Assembly: GCA_963693055.1 (NCBI GenBank)
Contig: OY843751.1
Location: 6,400,001-6,464,000, forward strand
Length of the DNA stretch: 64,000 nucleotides
Direction: 5' to 3'
DNA from: a bacterium
Lineage (GTDB): Bacteria; Zhuqueibacterota; Zhuqueibacteria; Residuimicrobiales; Krinioviventaceae
Within the stretch, counting starts at the first letter, position 1; each line of letters starts with the position of its first letter. The notes under the pieces were generated by a model. That model did no database searches, was not told the DNA's origin, and saw only the letters and a program-made list of their open reading frames with translations. The translations under genes and the position numbers were made by a program. This document shows positions 1 to 10,280 of the stretch, piece after piece.

Positions 1-2
1 AA

Positions 3-857
3 AAAGCAATAAGAATTGCCGGCTTTGGAACGGACAATCTGCGCAAGATAGAGGTGGATGAAAATTTTGCCTTGATACCTGAAAAACTGGAAGTACAGAT
101 TGCTCTGGATCGGGAAAATGGATTACAGCCTTGCTTTGTTTGTGCGACTGTGGGAACCACGTCTTCTAATGCTATGGATCCGTTACGAAAAATTGGTGAG
201 ATTGCGAATAGGGAAAAGTTGTGGATGCATGTGGATGGCGCCATGTCTGGTAGTGCTGCGATATGCCCCGAGTACCGTCAGTATCTGGATGGATTGGAGC
301 TGGCGGACAGCTATGCTTTTAATCCACACAAATGGCTGTTCACCAACTTTGATTGTGATTGTTTTTTTGTTAAAGATAAAGCTTCGCTGATCAATACCCT
401 GAGCATACTCCCCGAATACCTGCGCAACAAGGCCACGGAATCGGGAGCAGTGATCGATTACCGTGACTGGCAGATCCCTTTGGGTAGACGATTTAGATCA
501 TTAAAGCTGTGGTTTGTACTGCGGCATTATGGTATTGAGGGATTACAGTTTCATGTGCGTAAACATGTTGAATTGACACAGCAGTTTAAAAAATGGATTG
601 AGGATTCACCGGACTTTGAGCTGATGGCACCGGTGCCGCTGAATCTTGTCTGTTTTCGACATGTTGGCGGGGATGATGTAAACAAAAAGCTCTTAGAAAT
701 TGTGAATGCCACCGGAAAAATGTTTTTCAGTCATACTACTCTGAATGATAAATATGTATTGCGAATGAGCATAGGGCAGTCAAATACCGAAGAAAAACAC
801 ATTCAGGCAGCATGGGACAGGATTGTAAAAGCCGCAGAACAGGTTGTAAATGGCTAA
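3..857 (+). CDS. Group II PLP-dependent decarboxylase (aromatic-L-amino-acid decarboxylase family), 5'-partial
   Basis: Motifs ATVGTTS, HVDGAM, NPHKW (PLP Lys), LGRRFRSLKLWF. Frame stays open to the window edge (KAIRIAGFG...). Confidence 0.9.
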   Translation, partial: KAIRIAGFGTDNLRKIEVDENFALIPEKLEVQIALDRENGLQPCFVCATVGTTSSNAMDPLRKIGEIANREKLWMHVDGAMSGSAAICPEYRQYLDGLELADSYAFNPHKWLFTNFDCDCFFVKDKASLINTLSILPEYLRNKATESGAVIDYRDWQIPLGRRFRSLKLWFVLRHYGIEGLQFHVRKHVELTQQFKKWIEDSPDFELMAPVPLNLVCFRHVGGDDVNKKLLEIVNATGKMFFSHTTLNDKYVLRMSIGQSNTEEKHIQAAWDRIVKAAEQVVNG

Positions 858-990
858 TCTTTTCTAATACCGGGGGAAGCAATAGCTGTTTTGCCTTGTC
901 TAAATTCTATATATCATTTATGAGAGAGTGATTGGGAGCCATTTTTTGTGCTCCCAATCGGATTTGATTACAGACAAGGCAGGAGGAAAC

Positions 991-1617
991 ATGTCATTGC
1001 GGAAAGCGGCCGTTATCTGTTCGGTTATATTCTTTTTACTCGTAATCCAATTACAGGCAGAGATTGTTAATTTTGAAACTGGCTTGAGCACCATGCCCGT
1101 TACCTATGGTTTGTTCAAAGAGACACGAGGTGTATATATTGAGCCCAGTGGAATGCTTTGGGGCTTGAGTGTACCCGTGCCCGTTCCTTATTTTTATACG
1201 CATATTCGGATGCAGCGGGGTATCCATAAATCTTATCAAAAGGATTTTTTGTCCCGGGGTAGTGTATATAAAGAAATGGATGTGGATTATAATTCAAAGC
1301 ATGACGCAATAGAGCTTTTGATGGGAAGACCATTTATGTTGTTTGAAAAGATCAAAACTCTGCCGCAGTTGGGTATAGGGTACAGTATGGAGCAGTGCGG
1401 TAATGAAGCAGATGGATATTTTATGGAGAATTATTGGTTTGTTTCCGGATCGTTATTGTATATAGTCCCATTAGGCGCTGTTTCAGCAGGATTGCGAGTA
1501 CATTTACAAGTGGGTACGATAGATGTGGATTTTGAGGACTGGGAATATACATTCAAAGTACAATCGGGGTTGGTGTTTGGATTTTATAAAGGGTTTATTC
1601 AATTAATACAGTGTTAA
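991..1617 (+). CDS. Exported hypothetical protein, probable outer-membrane beta-barrel; paralog of 1983..2579
   Basis: GGAGG before ATG 991; signal peptide ending LQA; alternating strands (LPQLGIGYS, KVQSGLVF). Confidence 0.65.
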   Translation: MSLRKAAVICSVIFFLLVIQLQAEIVNFETGLSTMPVTYGLFKETRGVYIEPSGMLWGLSVPVPVPYFYTHIRMQRGIHKSYQKDFLSRGSVYKEMDVDYNSKHDAIELLMGRPFMLFEKIKTLPQLGIGYSMEQCGNEADGYFMENYWFVSGSLLYIVPLGAVSAGLRVHLQVGTIDVDFEDWEYTFKVQSGLVFGFYKGFIQLIQC

Positions 1618-1630
1618 ATATGTGTATAAA

Positions 1631-1656
1631 AGGGGAAAAGTGTCTTTCCCCTCTTT
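1631..1656 (+). terminator. Probable intrinsic terminator
   Basis: aggggaaa/tttcccct stem just after the 1617 stop, followed by T-rich sequence. Confidence 0.5.
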
Positions 1657-1702
1657 AGCTTTTCGAGTTATTTTCAGTTTAATTATTAGATAATAAAAGA
1701 TT

Positions 1703-1738
1703 TAACCACAGAGGTCACGAATAACACGAAGAGAAAGA
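1703..1738 (+). repeat. 9-bp-periodic REP-like repeat (TAACCACAGAGGTCACGAA.AACACGAAGAG), copy 1
   Basis: Near-identical to the copy at 2619; related copies at 2844 and 48225. Confidence 0.75.
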
Positions 1739-1982
1739 AAAAAGTAGGTTAGTTGTTTGATTAATTGGTAATTGATTCAACTGATAGAAAAGAAATGAAG
1801 CTTGTTTTTGTATGTGCCTTTTGTATCCTTTTCAAAAGTAATTTACTTTATAAGGAATTAGGAAAATTTTATTGGTTTCATTCTGTAAAAATAATATATT
1901 TAGTGGATAGTTAAACTTGGGGATTGTTATACCAAATTAAAAAAAGTCTTTTTTGTAAATGCAGTACAAATAGGAGGGTGTT

Positions 1983-2579
1983 ATGTATTCAAAAAAAGTT
2001 TTGGTTGTATGTTGTTTTGTTGTGTTATTTTTAATCTCTCCGTTAAAGGCAGAAATTGTAAATATTGAAATGGGAATGTGTTATTTACCCAATCCTACAA
2101 TAACCGTGTATCCTGGTTGTGAACTCGATGTAGGTTCCAGTGCCTTCTTGTTCGGATTTTCAATTCCTGTAAATATTCCTCATTTGGATGTACATTTCCG
2201 TGTAGAAAAAGCATATCATGATGCACCTACAATGAATTATTACGCGAAAGGAAAGTTATACTATACCAGTGATGTTGATTACTTGTATACCTATAACGTA
2301 AACGAACTATTGGTGGGGAAACGATTTTCGATCAATAGTGATTTTACCGGATTACCACAAGTTGGACTCGGTTACTCACACGAGAAATGCGGGAGTGATG
2401 AAAATGGTTATTGGGGTGAAGCTTTTTGGTTTATTTCGGGATCAATGCTCATTCAAAAGCAAGTCTCCAAATATTCGATTGGATTTCGTATTCATACCGA
2501 ATATGGGGTTCGAGATATAGATGACTATGAAAAAAAGTCTACACTGAAAATTAAAACAGGTTTGGTGTTTTCGATATAA
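1983..2579 (+). CDS. Exported hypothetical protein, probable outer-membrane beta-barrel
   Basis: AGGAGG RBS; signal peptide ending LKA; C-terminal strand KIKTGLVFSI; aligns with 991..1617. Confidence 0.7.
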   Translation: MYSKKVLVVCCFVVLFLISPLKAEIVNIEMGMCYLPNPTITVYPGCELDVGSSAFLFGFSIPVNIPHLDVHFRVEKAYHDAPTMNYYAKGKLYYTSDVDYLYTYNVNELLVGKRFSINSDFTGLPQVGLGYSHEKCGSDENGYWGEAFWFISGSMLIQKQVSKYSIGFRIHTEYGVRDIDDYEKKSTLKIKTGLVFSI

Positions 2580-2618
2580 GAATTCCAGCTTAAATGTTGA
2601 TTTTATAATAAACAAAAA

Positions 2619-2819
2619 TAACCACAGAGGTCACGAAGAACACGAAGAGAAAGAGAAATGCAGGTCGAGAGTTTGATTTCTAATAATGATTTCATGGTTG
2701 TTATTTTGTGTGAATTATGTAAAAGACGGACTTTATATTAACCTCTATTGACAGTTGGTTACATTGATAGAAAAGAAAATATTTTGTTTTTTTTCGTGAC
2801 TTTCGTGTTCTTTGTGGTT
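2619..2819. repeat. REPIN-like inverted pair of the ACCACAGAG repeat
   Basis: Forward arm from 2619; inverted arm ttcgtgactttcgtgttctttgtggtt at 2793-2819. Confidence 0.7.
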
Positions 2820-2843
2820 TGGACTTTGTTGAAAATAAAAAAA

Positions 2844-2925
2844 TAACCACAGAGGCCACGAAGCGAAAGATAAAATCAGGTTGGTTGCTTGATTTTTAAT
2901 AATGATATCAAGGTTGTCATATATT
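2844..2925 (+). repeat. Third copy of the ACCACAGAG repeat with shared downstream tail
   Basis: taaccacagaggccacgaag...caggt...ttgattt.taataatgat.tca.ggttgt matches the tail of the 2619 copy. Confidence 0.65.
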
Positions 2926-2942
2926 TAAATATTGAGGATTCT

Positions 2943-4586
2943 ATGAAAAAGTATTTCCCCCTTTTATTGATCCTGATGCTTACATTATCCTGCCAATCTA
3001 TTAATAAAGAAATTACAGTTTCAGTCAAGTCTTTGCAGGTGCCGGTATTGATCAATAAATCTAATAATCCGGTGTGCCGGATACAATTGACCAAGCCCGA
3101 ATCTGTTTCCGAAGCAAAAGTAAAATCCATGCATTTTTCGATCCAGGGGGGAGAAATCCAAACAGCCAGGCTCTGGTATATGGGTACTGATACTTTGCTG
3201 GAGGATGCTAATATTCCGATAAAGTTCGAAGAGGTTCAGCATCCTGATGAATCTCTGATCTTGAATGGAGAACTGGATCTGCAATCCGGTGAAAATACTC
3301 TGCTGCTTTGTGTAGATCTGGATCCTGAAACGGACCTTAACCACACCTTTTTTATTATTTGTGAAAAGATTGAATTTGCTGATGGCTCGATCTGGAGAAA
3401 TACAAATCCGGTTGAGATCAAACATCGGCTGGGTGTTTCCGTGCGGGATCATATGGATGATAATGTGCATACCTACCGAATACCCGGATTGGATACCACC
3501 AACAAGGGCACACTGCTGGCGATCTATGATGCACGACGTGAGAGCGGTCGGGATTTGCAGGGAGATATTGATATCGGTCTCAGCCGCAGTACGGATAATG
3601 GCCAGACTTGGGAGCCCATGCGTGTAGTTTTGGATATGGGTGAATGGGGTGGACTGCCGCAAAAATATAACGGCGTCAGTGATGCCTGTATATTGGTGGA
3701 TAAAAATTCGGATAAAATTTTTGTTGCCGGATTATGGATGTATGGAGTGTTGGATACAACCGGGAAATGGATCAAAGGGCTGGATGAAAACAGCACAGCC
3801 TGGGAGCACCAGTGGAGCCGAAAAGGCAGCCAACCGGGATGGGACGTCAAACAAACCGCGCAATTGCTCATAACGGAAAGCTCAGATGACGGGCAGAGCT
3901 GGAACAAACCCCGTAACCTGACTCGCATGGTCAAAGAGAAAGATTGGTGGCTATGGACCGTTGCACCGGGACATGGTATTACCCTGGATGATGGAACTTT
4001 GGTTTTACCGGGCGAGGGACGGGATGAGTCAGGAGTAGCGTTTTCAAATATTGCGTATAGTAAAGATGGCGGACTGACATGGAAAAGCAGCAATTTCGCA
4101 GGAACCCAAACCAATGAGAATATGGTCGTACAATTGGCCGATGGTTCCCTCCTGTCAAATATGCGTTATCCTGGAAACCGGGGAAATATGGGTGATGATA
4201 ATGGACGCGTGGTTTCTGTTAGCCATGATCTGGGTGAAACCTGGAACGAGCATCCTACTTCACGGAATGCATTGATTGAACCGGCATGTATGGCAAGTCT
4301 GCATAAACATATCTATTTGGAAAACGGTGAGCAGAAGCAAATCCTCTTGTTTTCGAATCCCAGTGACCGTAACAGCAGGCACCATATTACCCTCAAAGCC
4401 AGTTTTGATGACGGTGAGACCTGGCCCAAAGAACACTGGCTGCTGCTGGATGAAGGACGAGGCCGGGGGTATTCCTGTATAACCTCTGTTGATGATAAGA
4501 ATATAGGGATTTTGTATGAAAGCAGCCGTGCCGATCTTGTCTTTCAGCGAATTCCCCTTGAAGACATAATACGCTCCGAAAATTAG
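2943..4586 (+). CDS. Sialidase (GH33), lipoprotein
   Basis: YRIP motif; five Asp-boxes (STDNGQTW, SSDDGQSW, SKDGGLTW, SHDLGETW, SFDDGETW); lipobox TLSC; GAGG before ATG 2943. Confidence 0.92.
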   Translation: MKKYFPLLLILMLTLSCQSINKEITVSVKSLQVPVLINKSNNPVCRIQLTKPESVSEAKVKSMHFSIQGGEIQTARLWYMGTDTLLEDANIPIKFEEVQHPDESLILNGELDLQSGENTLLLCVDLDPETDLNHTFFIICEKIEFADGSIWRNTNPVEIKHRLGVSVRDHMDDNVHTYRIPGLDTTNKGTLLAIYDARRESGRDLQGDIDIGLSRSTDNGQTWEPMRVVLDMGEWGGLPQKYNGVSDACILVDKNSDKIFVAGLWMYGVLDTTGKWIKGLDENSTAWEHQWSRKGSQPGWDVKQTAQLLITESSDDGQSWNKPRNLTRMVKEKDWWLWTVAPGHGITLDDGTLVLPGEGRDESGVAFSNIAYSKDGGLTWKSSNFAGTQTNENMVVQLADGSLLSNMRYPGNRGNMGDDNGRVVSVSHDLGETWNEHPTSRNALIEPACMASLHKHIYLENGEQKQILLFSNPSDRNSRHHITLKASFDDGETWPKEHWLLLDEGRGRGYSCITSVDDKNIGILYESSRADLVFQRIPLEDIIRSEN

Positions 4587-4622
4587 CTGGATTCTGCAAG
4601 AGCAGATAAATTCAATTTCCAC

Positions 4623-4651
4623 TTGACTTGCTCTAAAAAAATTGATAACAT
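4623..4651 (+). promoter_or_regulatory. Putative sigma70 promoter
   Basis: TTGACT-17 nt-TAACAT upstream of 4709. Confidence 0.4.
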
Positions 4652-4708
4652 GTAATGATAATTACCAAGTTACGTTTTGTCTTTTCTTGAATAATTAAGG
4701 GGCTTTTA

Positions 4709-5602
4709 ATGAACAGACGACTCTTGTCGCTGACCATTTTGATATCATTTGTATTTACATTCGTTCTGGGAGAATATGCCATTGTTTTTGCGCAGGAGGA
4801 TGACCACGTGCGCATTGCCATTGTTCCCTTTACTAACACAAATACTTTTGCAAGAGAGCAGGGATATGGTGAGGTTGTATCGGGCATGTTGATGACAGAA
4901 CTAATCAACAATAATATATTTCAGGTTGTTGAACGAAACGAAATCGACCGCATGATGCAGGAAATGGCATTCCAGTATTCAGGCGCAGTAAACTCACAGA
5001 CTGCAAAGCGAATTGGCGAGATACTGGGTGTAGATATTCTGGTGTTTGGTACGGTGGCAAAATTTAGTTTTCTCATTGAAACGGATATTCGTCTGGTGGA
5101 TGCGGAAAGCGGTGAAGCATTGATGGCAGAAAATGCGAGCTGCAAAGACGAGACCGAATTACGAGCTATGGTTAAGGATCTTGCTCAAAGGATAAATGAG
5201 CGATTTCAACAGCAATTTGAGGAAACAGTAAACATTTATTCCGATCCGTATGGCGCGGTAATTACAATTGATGGTAATGAAAAGGGTGTAACTCCGCTTA
5301 CCATCAAAATGTCAAGAGGCACTCACTCCATAACCGCCAGTATGAATGGTTATGTTGACTGGCAGCAGCAGGTAGAGATCGTATCTGGTGAGAACCATAT
5401 TGATGTGTATCTCGAAAAGGGTACGTCGGTTCAAAAACCAGCAGAACAGAAAAGTAAAAAAGGCAGCAAAATGTTGCTTTGGGTTGTTGGCGGAGCAGCT
5501 GTTGCTGCGGGAACCGTGTTTTTGTTAAACTCGAACAAAGATGATGATACGGAAAACAATACAACAAACTCTGATGTAACCATAATAACCACACTGCCAT
5601 AA
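4709..5602 (+). CDS. CsgG/TolB-N-like domain + PEGA domain exported protein
   Basis: IAIVPF...FQVVERNEID...IGEILGVDILVFG...RLVDAESGE; PEGA-like SDPYGAVITIDG...G.TPL; hydrophobic C-terminal segment. Confidence 0.75.
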   Translation: MNRRLLSLTILISFVFTFVLGEYAIVFAQEDDHVRIAIVPFTNTNTFAREQGYGEVVSGMLMTELINNNIFQVVERNEIDRMMQEMAFQYSGAVNSQTAKRIGEILGVDILVFGTVAKFSFLIETDIRLVDAESGEALMAENASCKDETELRAMVKDLAQRINERFQQQFEETVNIYSDPYGAVITIDGNEKGVTPLTIKMSRGTHSITASMNGYVDWQQQVEIVSGENHIDVYLEKGTSVQKPAEQKSKKGSKMLLWVVGGAAVAAGTVFLLNSNKDDDTENNTTNSDVTIITTLP

Positions 5603-5620
5603 GGATTTAACGGGGAAATT

Positions 5621-7546
5621 ATGAAAAGAATTTTTATTATAATTGCATTTATCTCTTTGGCATTCTTGTCATGCAGCCGCAAAACACCCCTCTCTGTCAA
5701 TGATGGCAGCAGTACAGTATCTTTTGAGATCCGGTTTCATGATAATGTGCAGTCTTTGTCCGGAATTCGGCCCCTGTCAAAATCCATGGAGATCACATCG
5801 GTTGTGGTTACTGTATCCGCGTCGGATATGACCATATTGACAAAAGAAATGACCCGTTCGGGGGATACTTTTACCGGCACATTAAGTGTCCCCATGGGCA
5901 ATTCCCGCAAGTTTCAAATAGAAGCATTAGACACTGCGGACATTGTTCAGTATTCCGGTTCTACGACACAAGATATAAGTCAGGCAGAAGAGCAGGTCAA
6001 TATTCAGTTGTCTGGTATTTATCCCGATCCGGTTGCGCTCCAAATTTCGGGATACAGTGGTTCAATCGTGACCTTGAACTGGGATGCAAGTACGGCAGTA
6101 GATTTTGGTTTTTATCGCATTACACGCACAACATCCAACATTGACCATGATATTAATGACCATAGTTATATGGATATCTCTACGAAATCTACTTTAACCT
6201 TTACAGACGATAATGTTACCCCCGGTAATACGTATTATTATGTATTGTGGGTAGTGGATACCGAGGGACTTGGTTATGGCAGCAGTGTACAAACGGTTAC
6301 AACCCCTACGTATTTATTTAAAGCCAATTTTCAAAATGGATGGATGGATTCCTTGGAAAAGGCCTTTATTTATATTTCCGATTTAAACGGCAATGTATGG
6401 GGAGAATCCGAAATAACATCCAGTACGCAAACAGTCACTTTTGATATTCCATCAGAGTTTATGTTATATCCGGAACGAATTTCTGTGACTACTGTCGTAA
6501 AAAACGGAACCAATTGTTATATTGAAAGCAATATGGATATTCCTATAGGAACAACCTGGACTTTTAAGGTATACCCATCAGATCAGCTTATGGATTATAA
6601 AGGTGATGTCACCTTCAATTTTAACAATGTGCCTGCGCATAAAGGTTATCTGGTTTCATCATTATGGAATTATTATACATCATCAACTGAAACAATATAT
6701 AATCCTTATGTTTATGATATATATACGAACCCGGTAGATGTTTATATCATGATTGATACGGATGCCTCTGGTCCCCAATATATGTGGTTGTACAATGCAT
6801 CGCCAGGCAGCTATTCTGTGGATATGAGCAATCTTGCAAATCCGGAAACAGCAACAGTAAACTTTACTAGCGGTACAGATGGAGTAAGGGCAAGGTTATA
6901 TGGTATAGCTACTGCGGGCAACAGATACAGTGGAGACTTTTGTGTTGATCGTTATAATGAATTTGGCAGCTTGACAGAATCAATCGAGTTTTCATATCCA
7001 CCGGACAGGTTTACTGATTTTTGTACAAGTTTATATGATTATGATTCATTTACAAACAATGTTTCAGCTTGGTGTCAGCTTACATATGGTGAAATTCCCA
7101 CAGCGTTTGACAGAGTGAATGCTGATTTTGAATTTATAACCACGCAACCGGATAATTTTGAAATTCAGACTAGTGGAAGTTTTGATGAAATATATTCAAG
7201 ATGGTATGAATATGATATAGGAACCGATTGTGACTTTTATTGGGATGTTTATGCTCCTCCTGAATTAACTTCTTATCAACTTCCGGGATTTTCGTCCCTG
7301 GTTTCCAATTATTTAAGCAGTGTGAGTGCAAATGATTTTGAACTGACCCATGCCGATGTAACCGATTATATGCAGATTGACAGTTTTCAGCAGCAGCTTG
7401 ATATTTATTTTAGTGAATCTGATTATTTATTTAATGTAATACCCGGTTATCGTATGCGTGCAAAATATATTGATTCATCATTGAAAAAGAGTTTTGATCA
7501 AAATAAAAAGCCGGTATATACCCATAAAAGAAAAGCAGTTTATTAA
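5621..7546 (+). CDS. Lipoprotein with fibronectin type III domain
   Basis: Lipobox FLSC; FN3-like VTLNW...Y.I.R...FTDDNVTPGNTYYY. Confidence 0.7.
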   Translation: MKRIFIIIAFISLAFLSCSRKTPLSVNDGSSTVSFEIRFHDNVQSLSGIRPLSKSMEITSVVVTVSASDMTILTKEMTRSGDTFTGTLSVPMGNSRKFQIEALDTADIVQYSGSTTQDISQAEEQVNIQLSGIYPDPVALQISGYSGSIVTLNWDASTAVDFGFYRITRTTSNIDHDINDHSYMDISTKSTLTFTDDNVTPGNTYYYVLWVVDTEGLGYGSSVQTVTTPTYLFKANFQNGWMDSLEKAFIYISDLNGNVWGESEITSSTQTVTFDIPSEFMLYPERISVTTVVKNGTNCYIESNMDIPIGTTWTFKVYPSDQLMDYKGDVTFNFNNVPAHKGYLVSSLWNYYTSSTETIYNPYVYDIYTNPVDVYIMIDTDASGPQYMWLYNASPGSYSVDMSNLANPETATVNFTSGTDGVRARLYGIATAGNRYSGDFCVDRYNEFGSLTESIEFSYPPDRFTDFCTSLYDYDSFTNNVSAWCQLTYGEIPTAFDRVNADFEFITTQPDNFEIQTSGSFDEIYSRWYEYDIGTDCDFYWDVYAPPELTSYQLPGFSSLVSNYLSSVSANDFELTHADVTDYMQIDSFQQQLDIYFSESDYLFNVIPGYRMRAKYIDSSLKKSFDQNKKPVYTHKRKAVY

Positions 7547-7747
7547 TAATTATTATAAATTCAGGGCTATCATATGTGGCATTTCTGTTTTTGATAGCCC
7601 TTTGTGTTTTCATATTTCTCCCTTTTTACAAGAGTAAATTTCCTCTATTATTGATCCGTATTCTCCTTTTGTATTGTGAAATAGAGATTTTCTGGTTAGA
7701 TTATTACTCTGACAAAATTATATTCCAGTCGCAGATATGGAGGGAAG

Positions 7748-8746
7748 TTGAGACAAAATACTCATTGGGGAAATGTTTTTACTATTGCCATTTTGATCGG
7801 TTTTGTGATGTTTGGATTTGCCTTTTCCGGTGATGATGATGACGCACCCAAGCCGCCGAGAGGTTACCCGGCAATGTGGATGCTAAAAGCTGCTTACGCA
7901 ACTGGTATGCTGAAACTGGTTAACACTGGACCCGATGTGCCGGAAGATATTACCGAGATCAAAGATATTGTTTATAAAATCATTGATGATGATACACTCG
8001 GGCTTGATATTTATCAACCCGCAGAGTTGGGTGCTCCCAAACCGGTATTGATTTTTATCCATGGGGGAGGCTGGCGAAAAGGTAAAAAAGAAGATTATCT
8101 GTACTATCTACTCCATTTTGCCCAACAAGGTTATATTACCGCTACAATATCCTATCGACTAAAGACACCATTCCCTGCAGCGGTAGAGGATGTAAAATGC
8201 GCGGTACGATGGATTCGCGCTCATGCAGAAGAATACTCGATCGATCCGAACAAGATTGCGGTCATTGGTGGCTCTGCCGGTGGGCATTTGTCCATGATGA
8301 TTGGGTATTCTTCTGATGTTCCCGATTTTGATATTGATTGTGATATGGATTCTGTCAGCAGTAAACCCCAGGCGATTGTTAACCTTTATGGCCCTGTGGA
8401 TCTAACCACCGAATACGCACATACACATAAATTAACAGTAAATTTCATTGGGCAAACGTGGGAAGAAAATCCCGATGCATACAAAAAAGCATCTCCTATT
8501 AACTATATCACCCCGGATGATCCCCCAACCTTGACGTTTCATGGTACCAAAGATGAACTGGTGCCTATTCGCCAGGCGGACATGTTGAAAGAAAAACTGG
8601 ATAAAGCCGGTATAGAAAATGAGTACCATCGTTTAAAATGGTGGCCGCATACCATGGATCTTGCCAAACCGGTAAATGAATATTGCCTGTATTATATGGA
8701 AAGATTTTTTGAAAAACATATTCCCATGACAAATTCAAAACAGTAA
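7748..8746 (+). CDS. Alpha/beta hydrolase (HSL/BD-FAE-like esterase)
   Basis: HGGGW oxyanion motif, GGSAGG nucleophile elbow, HGTKDELVP, C-terminal His; TTG start after GGAGG. Confidence 0.88.
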   Translation: MRQNTHWGNVFTIAILIGFVMFGFAFSGDDDDAPKPPRGYPAMWMLKAAYATGMLKLVNTGPDVPEDITEIKDIVYKIIDDDTLGLDIYQPAELGAPKPVLIFIHGGGWRKGKKEDYLYYLLHFAQQGYITATISYRLKTPFPAAVEDVKCAVRWIRAHAEEYSIDPNKIAVIGGSAGGHLSMMIGYSSDVPDFDIDCDMDSVSSKPQAIVNLYGPVDLTTEYAHTHKLTVNFIGQTWEENPDAYKKASPINYITPDDPPTLTFHGTKDELVPIRQADMLKEKLDKAGIENEYHRLKWWPHTMDLAKPVNEYCLYYMERFFEKHIPMTNSKQ

Positions 8747-8837
8747 TATATTGGACTCTATTTTTTATAGAGATTTTTTAATGTGCATACTGAAATTGGC
8801 ATGAATCTCATTATACTATTGTAGAAAGGAAAAGAAT

Positions 8838-10238
8838 ATGCGCAAATTTTTAATTGAACAGAGCAGGCTTGTTTTTTTATTATCAGGTATTTTAATGTTT
8901 ATTTTTTACGTTGGTCCGGTTTTATCGCAGTCAGTATTACAAATTGTAAAATCACCTCCAGATTCAAAACTGATTGCCCGCACCTACAAATCCGGATTTG
9001 ATTTGTCTCATGATACTTATAATGGTATTTCAACTGCCAGTGATGGAAAGATTTATTATGTTCAATCTTCTGAATCATACGAGTCTGGTGCAAAAATATT
9101 TTGTTATGATCCGGTCAAAGATGAAATTAAATGTATTGGAGATTTGACAGACGCATGTGGTGAAAAAGGGAAAAAGACTATTGCTCAAGGCAAGTCCCAT
9201 GTAAATTTTTATGAAAGAAAAGGTAAATTGTATTTTGCTACCCATGTCGGTTATTATAATCTTGTAGAGGGTATGGAAAAAATTGGGGCACCCCCAAAGG
9301 GATACAAGCCTTATCCGGGGGGGCATTTCCTTTCCTACGATATAAAAACGGGTGATTTTGAAGAATTAGCAATAGCGCCGTTTGGTGAAGGTATACTGAC
9401 GATGAACATGGACACAAAACGAGGACGAATATACGGGATTACCTGGCCAACAGGTTATTTCCTTCGTTATGATCTGTTAACGGATGATCTGAAAAATCTG
9501 GGTCCAATCTCAAAAATGGGTGAAAATGGAAAAGGCGACAACTATCGAACGTTATGCCGCTCCATTGCAGTAGATCCAAGAGACGGGTCAGCCTATTTTA
9601 CCACCGGAGACGGAGATATATTGCGATATAATTATGAATCGGACAATATTGAGCAGCTTGATAATGTTGATTTGAGAATTGATTATTTTGGATTGTATGA
9701 TCCTTCCTCTCCCGGTCATATGGGGTACAACTGGAGACAAACAGTTTGGTATGAACCGGAAAATGTCATTTATGGAGTGCATGGAAATTCCGGTTATCTG
9801 TTTAGATTTGATCCATCCATCCCTAAAGTAGAGATTGTAGAACGATTAACTTCAATACCATCCAGGAAAAGCGGAATGTTTGACCAATTTAGTTATGGAT
9901 ACCTGGGTTTTAATCTGGGTCCCGATGGGCATACGTTGTATTACCTCACTGGCGGTCCGGTATATATTGATGGTAAGCGGGTACGGGGTAAAGATAAAAC
10001 TGCCATGGGAGAGTCAAAAGGTGTTGAGAACCTGCATTTGATCTCCTATAATATCCCTGATGGAATTTATAAAGATCATGGTCCAATTTTCTTTTCAGAC
10101 GGAGAGCGACCGTCTTATGTAAACTCGATAGCAATTGACAAAAACGGTACAGTATATACCCAGGCAAGAATTCCTGAAAATGATGAAATCCGTATTGATC
10201 TCATAAGCATTTCAGGTCAGGATATACATTTAAAATAA
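8838..10238 (+). CDS. Exported hypothetical beta-propeller protein
   Basis: Signal peptide; repeated DG.IY/F.YDP blade-like motifs. Confidence 0.6.
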   Translation: MRKFLIEQSRLVFLLSGILMFIFYVGPVLSQSVLQIVKSPPDSKLIARTYKSGFDLSHDTYNGISTASDGKIYYVQSSESYESGAKIFCYDPVKDEIKCIGDLTDACGEKGKKTIAQGKSHVNFYERKGKLYFATHVGYYNLVEGMEKIGAPPKGYKPYPGGHFLSYDIKTGDFEELAIAPFGEGILTMNMDTKRGRIYGITWPTGYFLRYDLLTDDLKNLGPISKMGENGKGDNYRTLCRSIAVDPRDGSAYFTTGDGDILRYNYESDNIEQLDNVDLRIDYFGLYDPSSPGHMGYNWRQTVWYEPENVIYGVHGNSGYLFRFDPSIPKVEIVERLTSIPSRKSGMFDQFSYGYLGFNLGPDGHTLYYLTGGPVYIDGKRVRGKDKTAMGESKGVENLHLISYNIPDGIYKDHGPIFFSDGERPSYVNSIAIDKNGTVYTQARIPENDEIRIDLISISGQDIHLK

Positions 10239-10280
10239 ATAAACCAGTATGTAACACTTTGAAATTATGAGGATTATTCA

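Noticed and set aside
930-959. Hairpin gattgggagc/gctcccaatc upstream of the first barrel-like gene as a conserved leader
   Set aside because: Not conserved upstream of the paralog and unrelated to the 39.9/41.2 kb leader; may simply end the decarboxylase transcript.
1703-2925. Repeats as a CRISPR array
   Set aside because: Irregular spacing, a gene between copies, an inverted copy and no cas genes.
3021-4114. Long antisense ORFs here and at 23182, 47227, 48981 and 60805
   Set aside because: Shadows of well-supported genes on the opposite strand, with no recognisable motifs.
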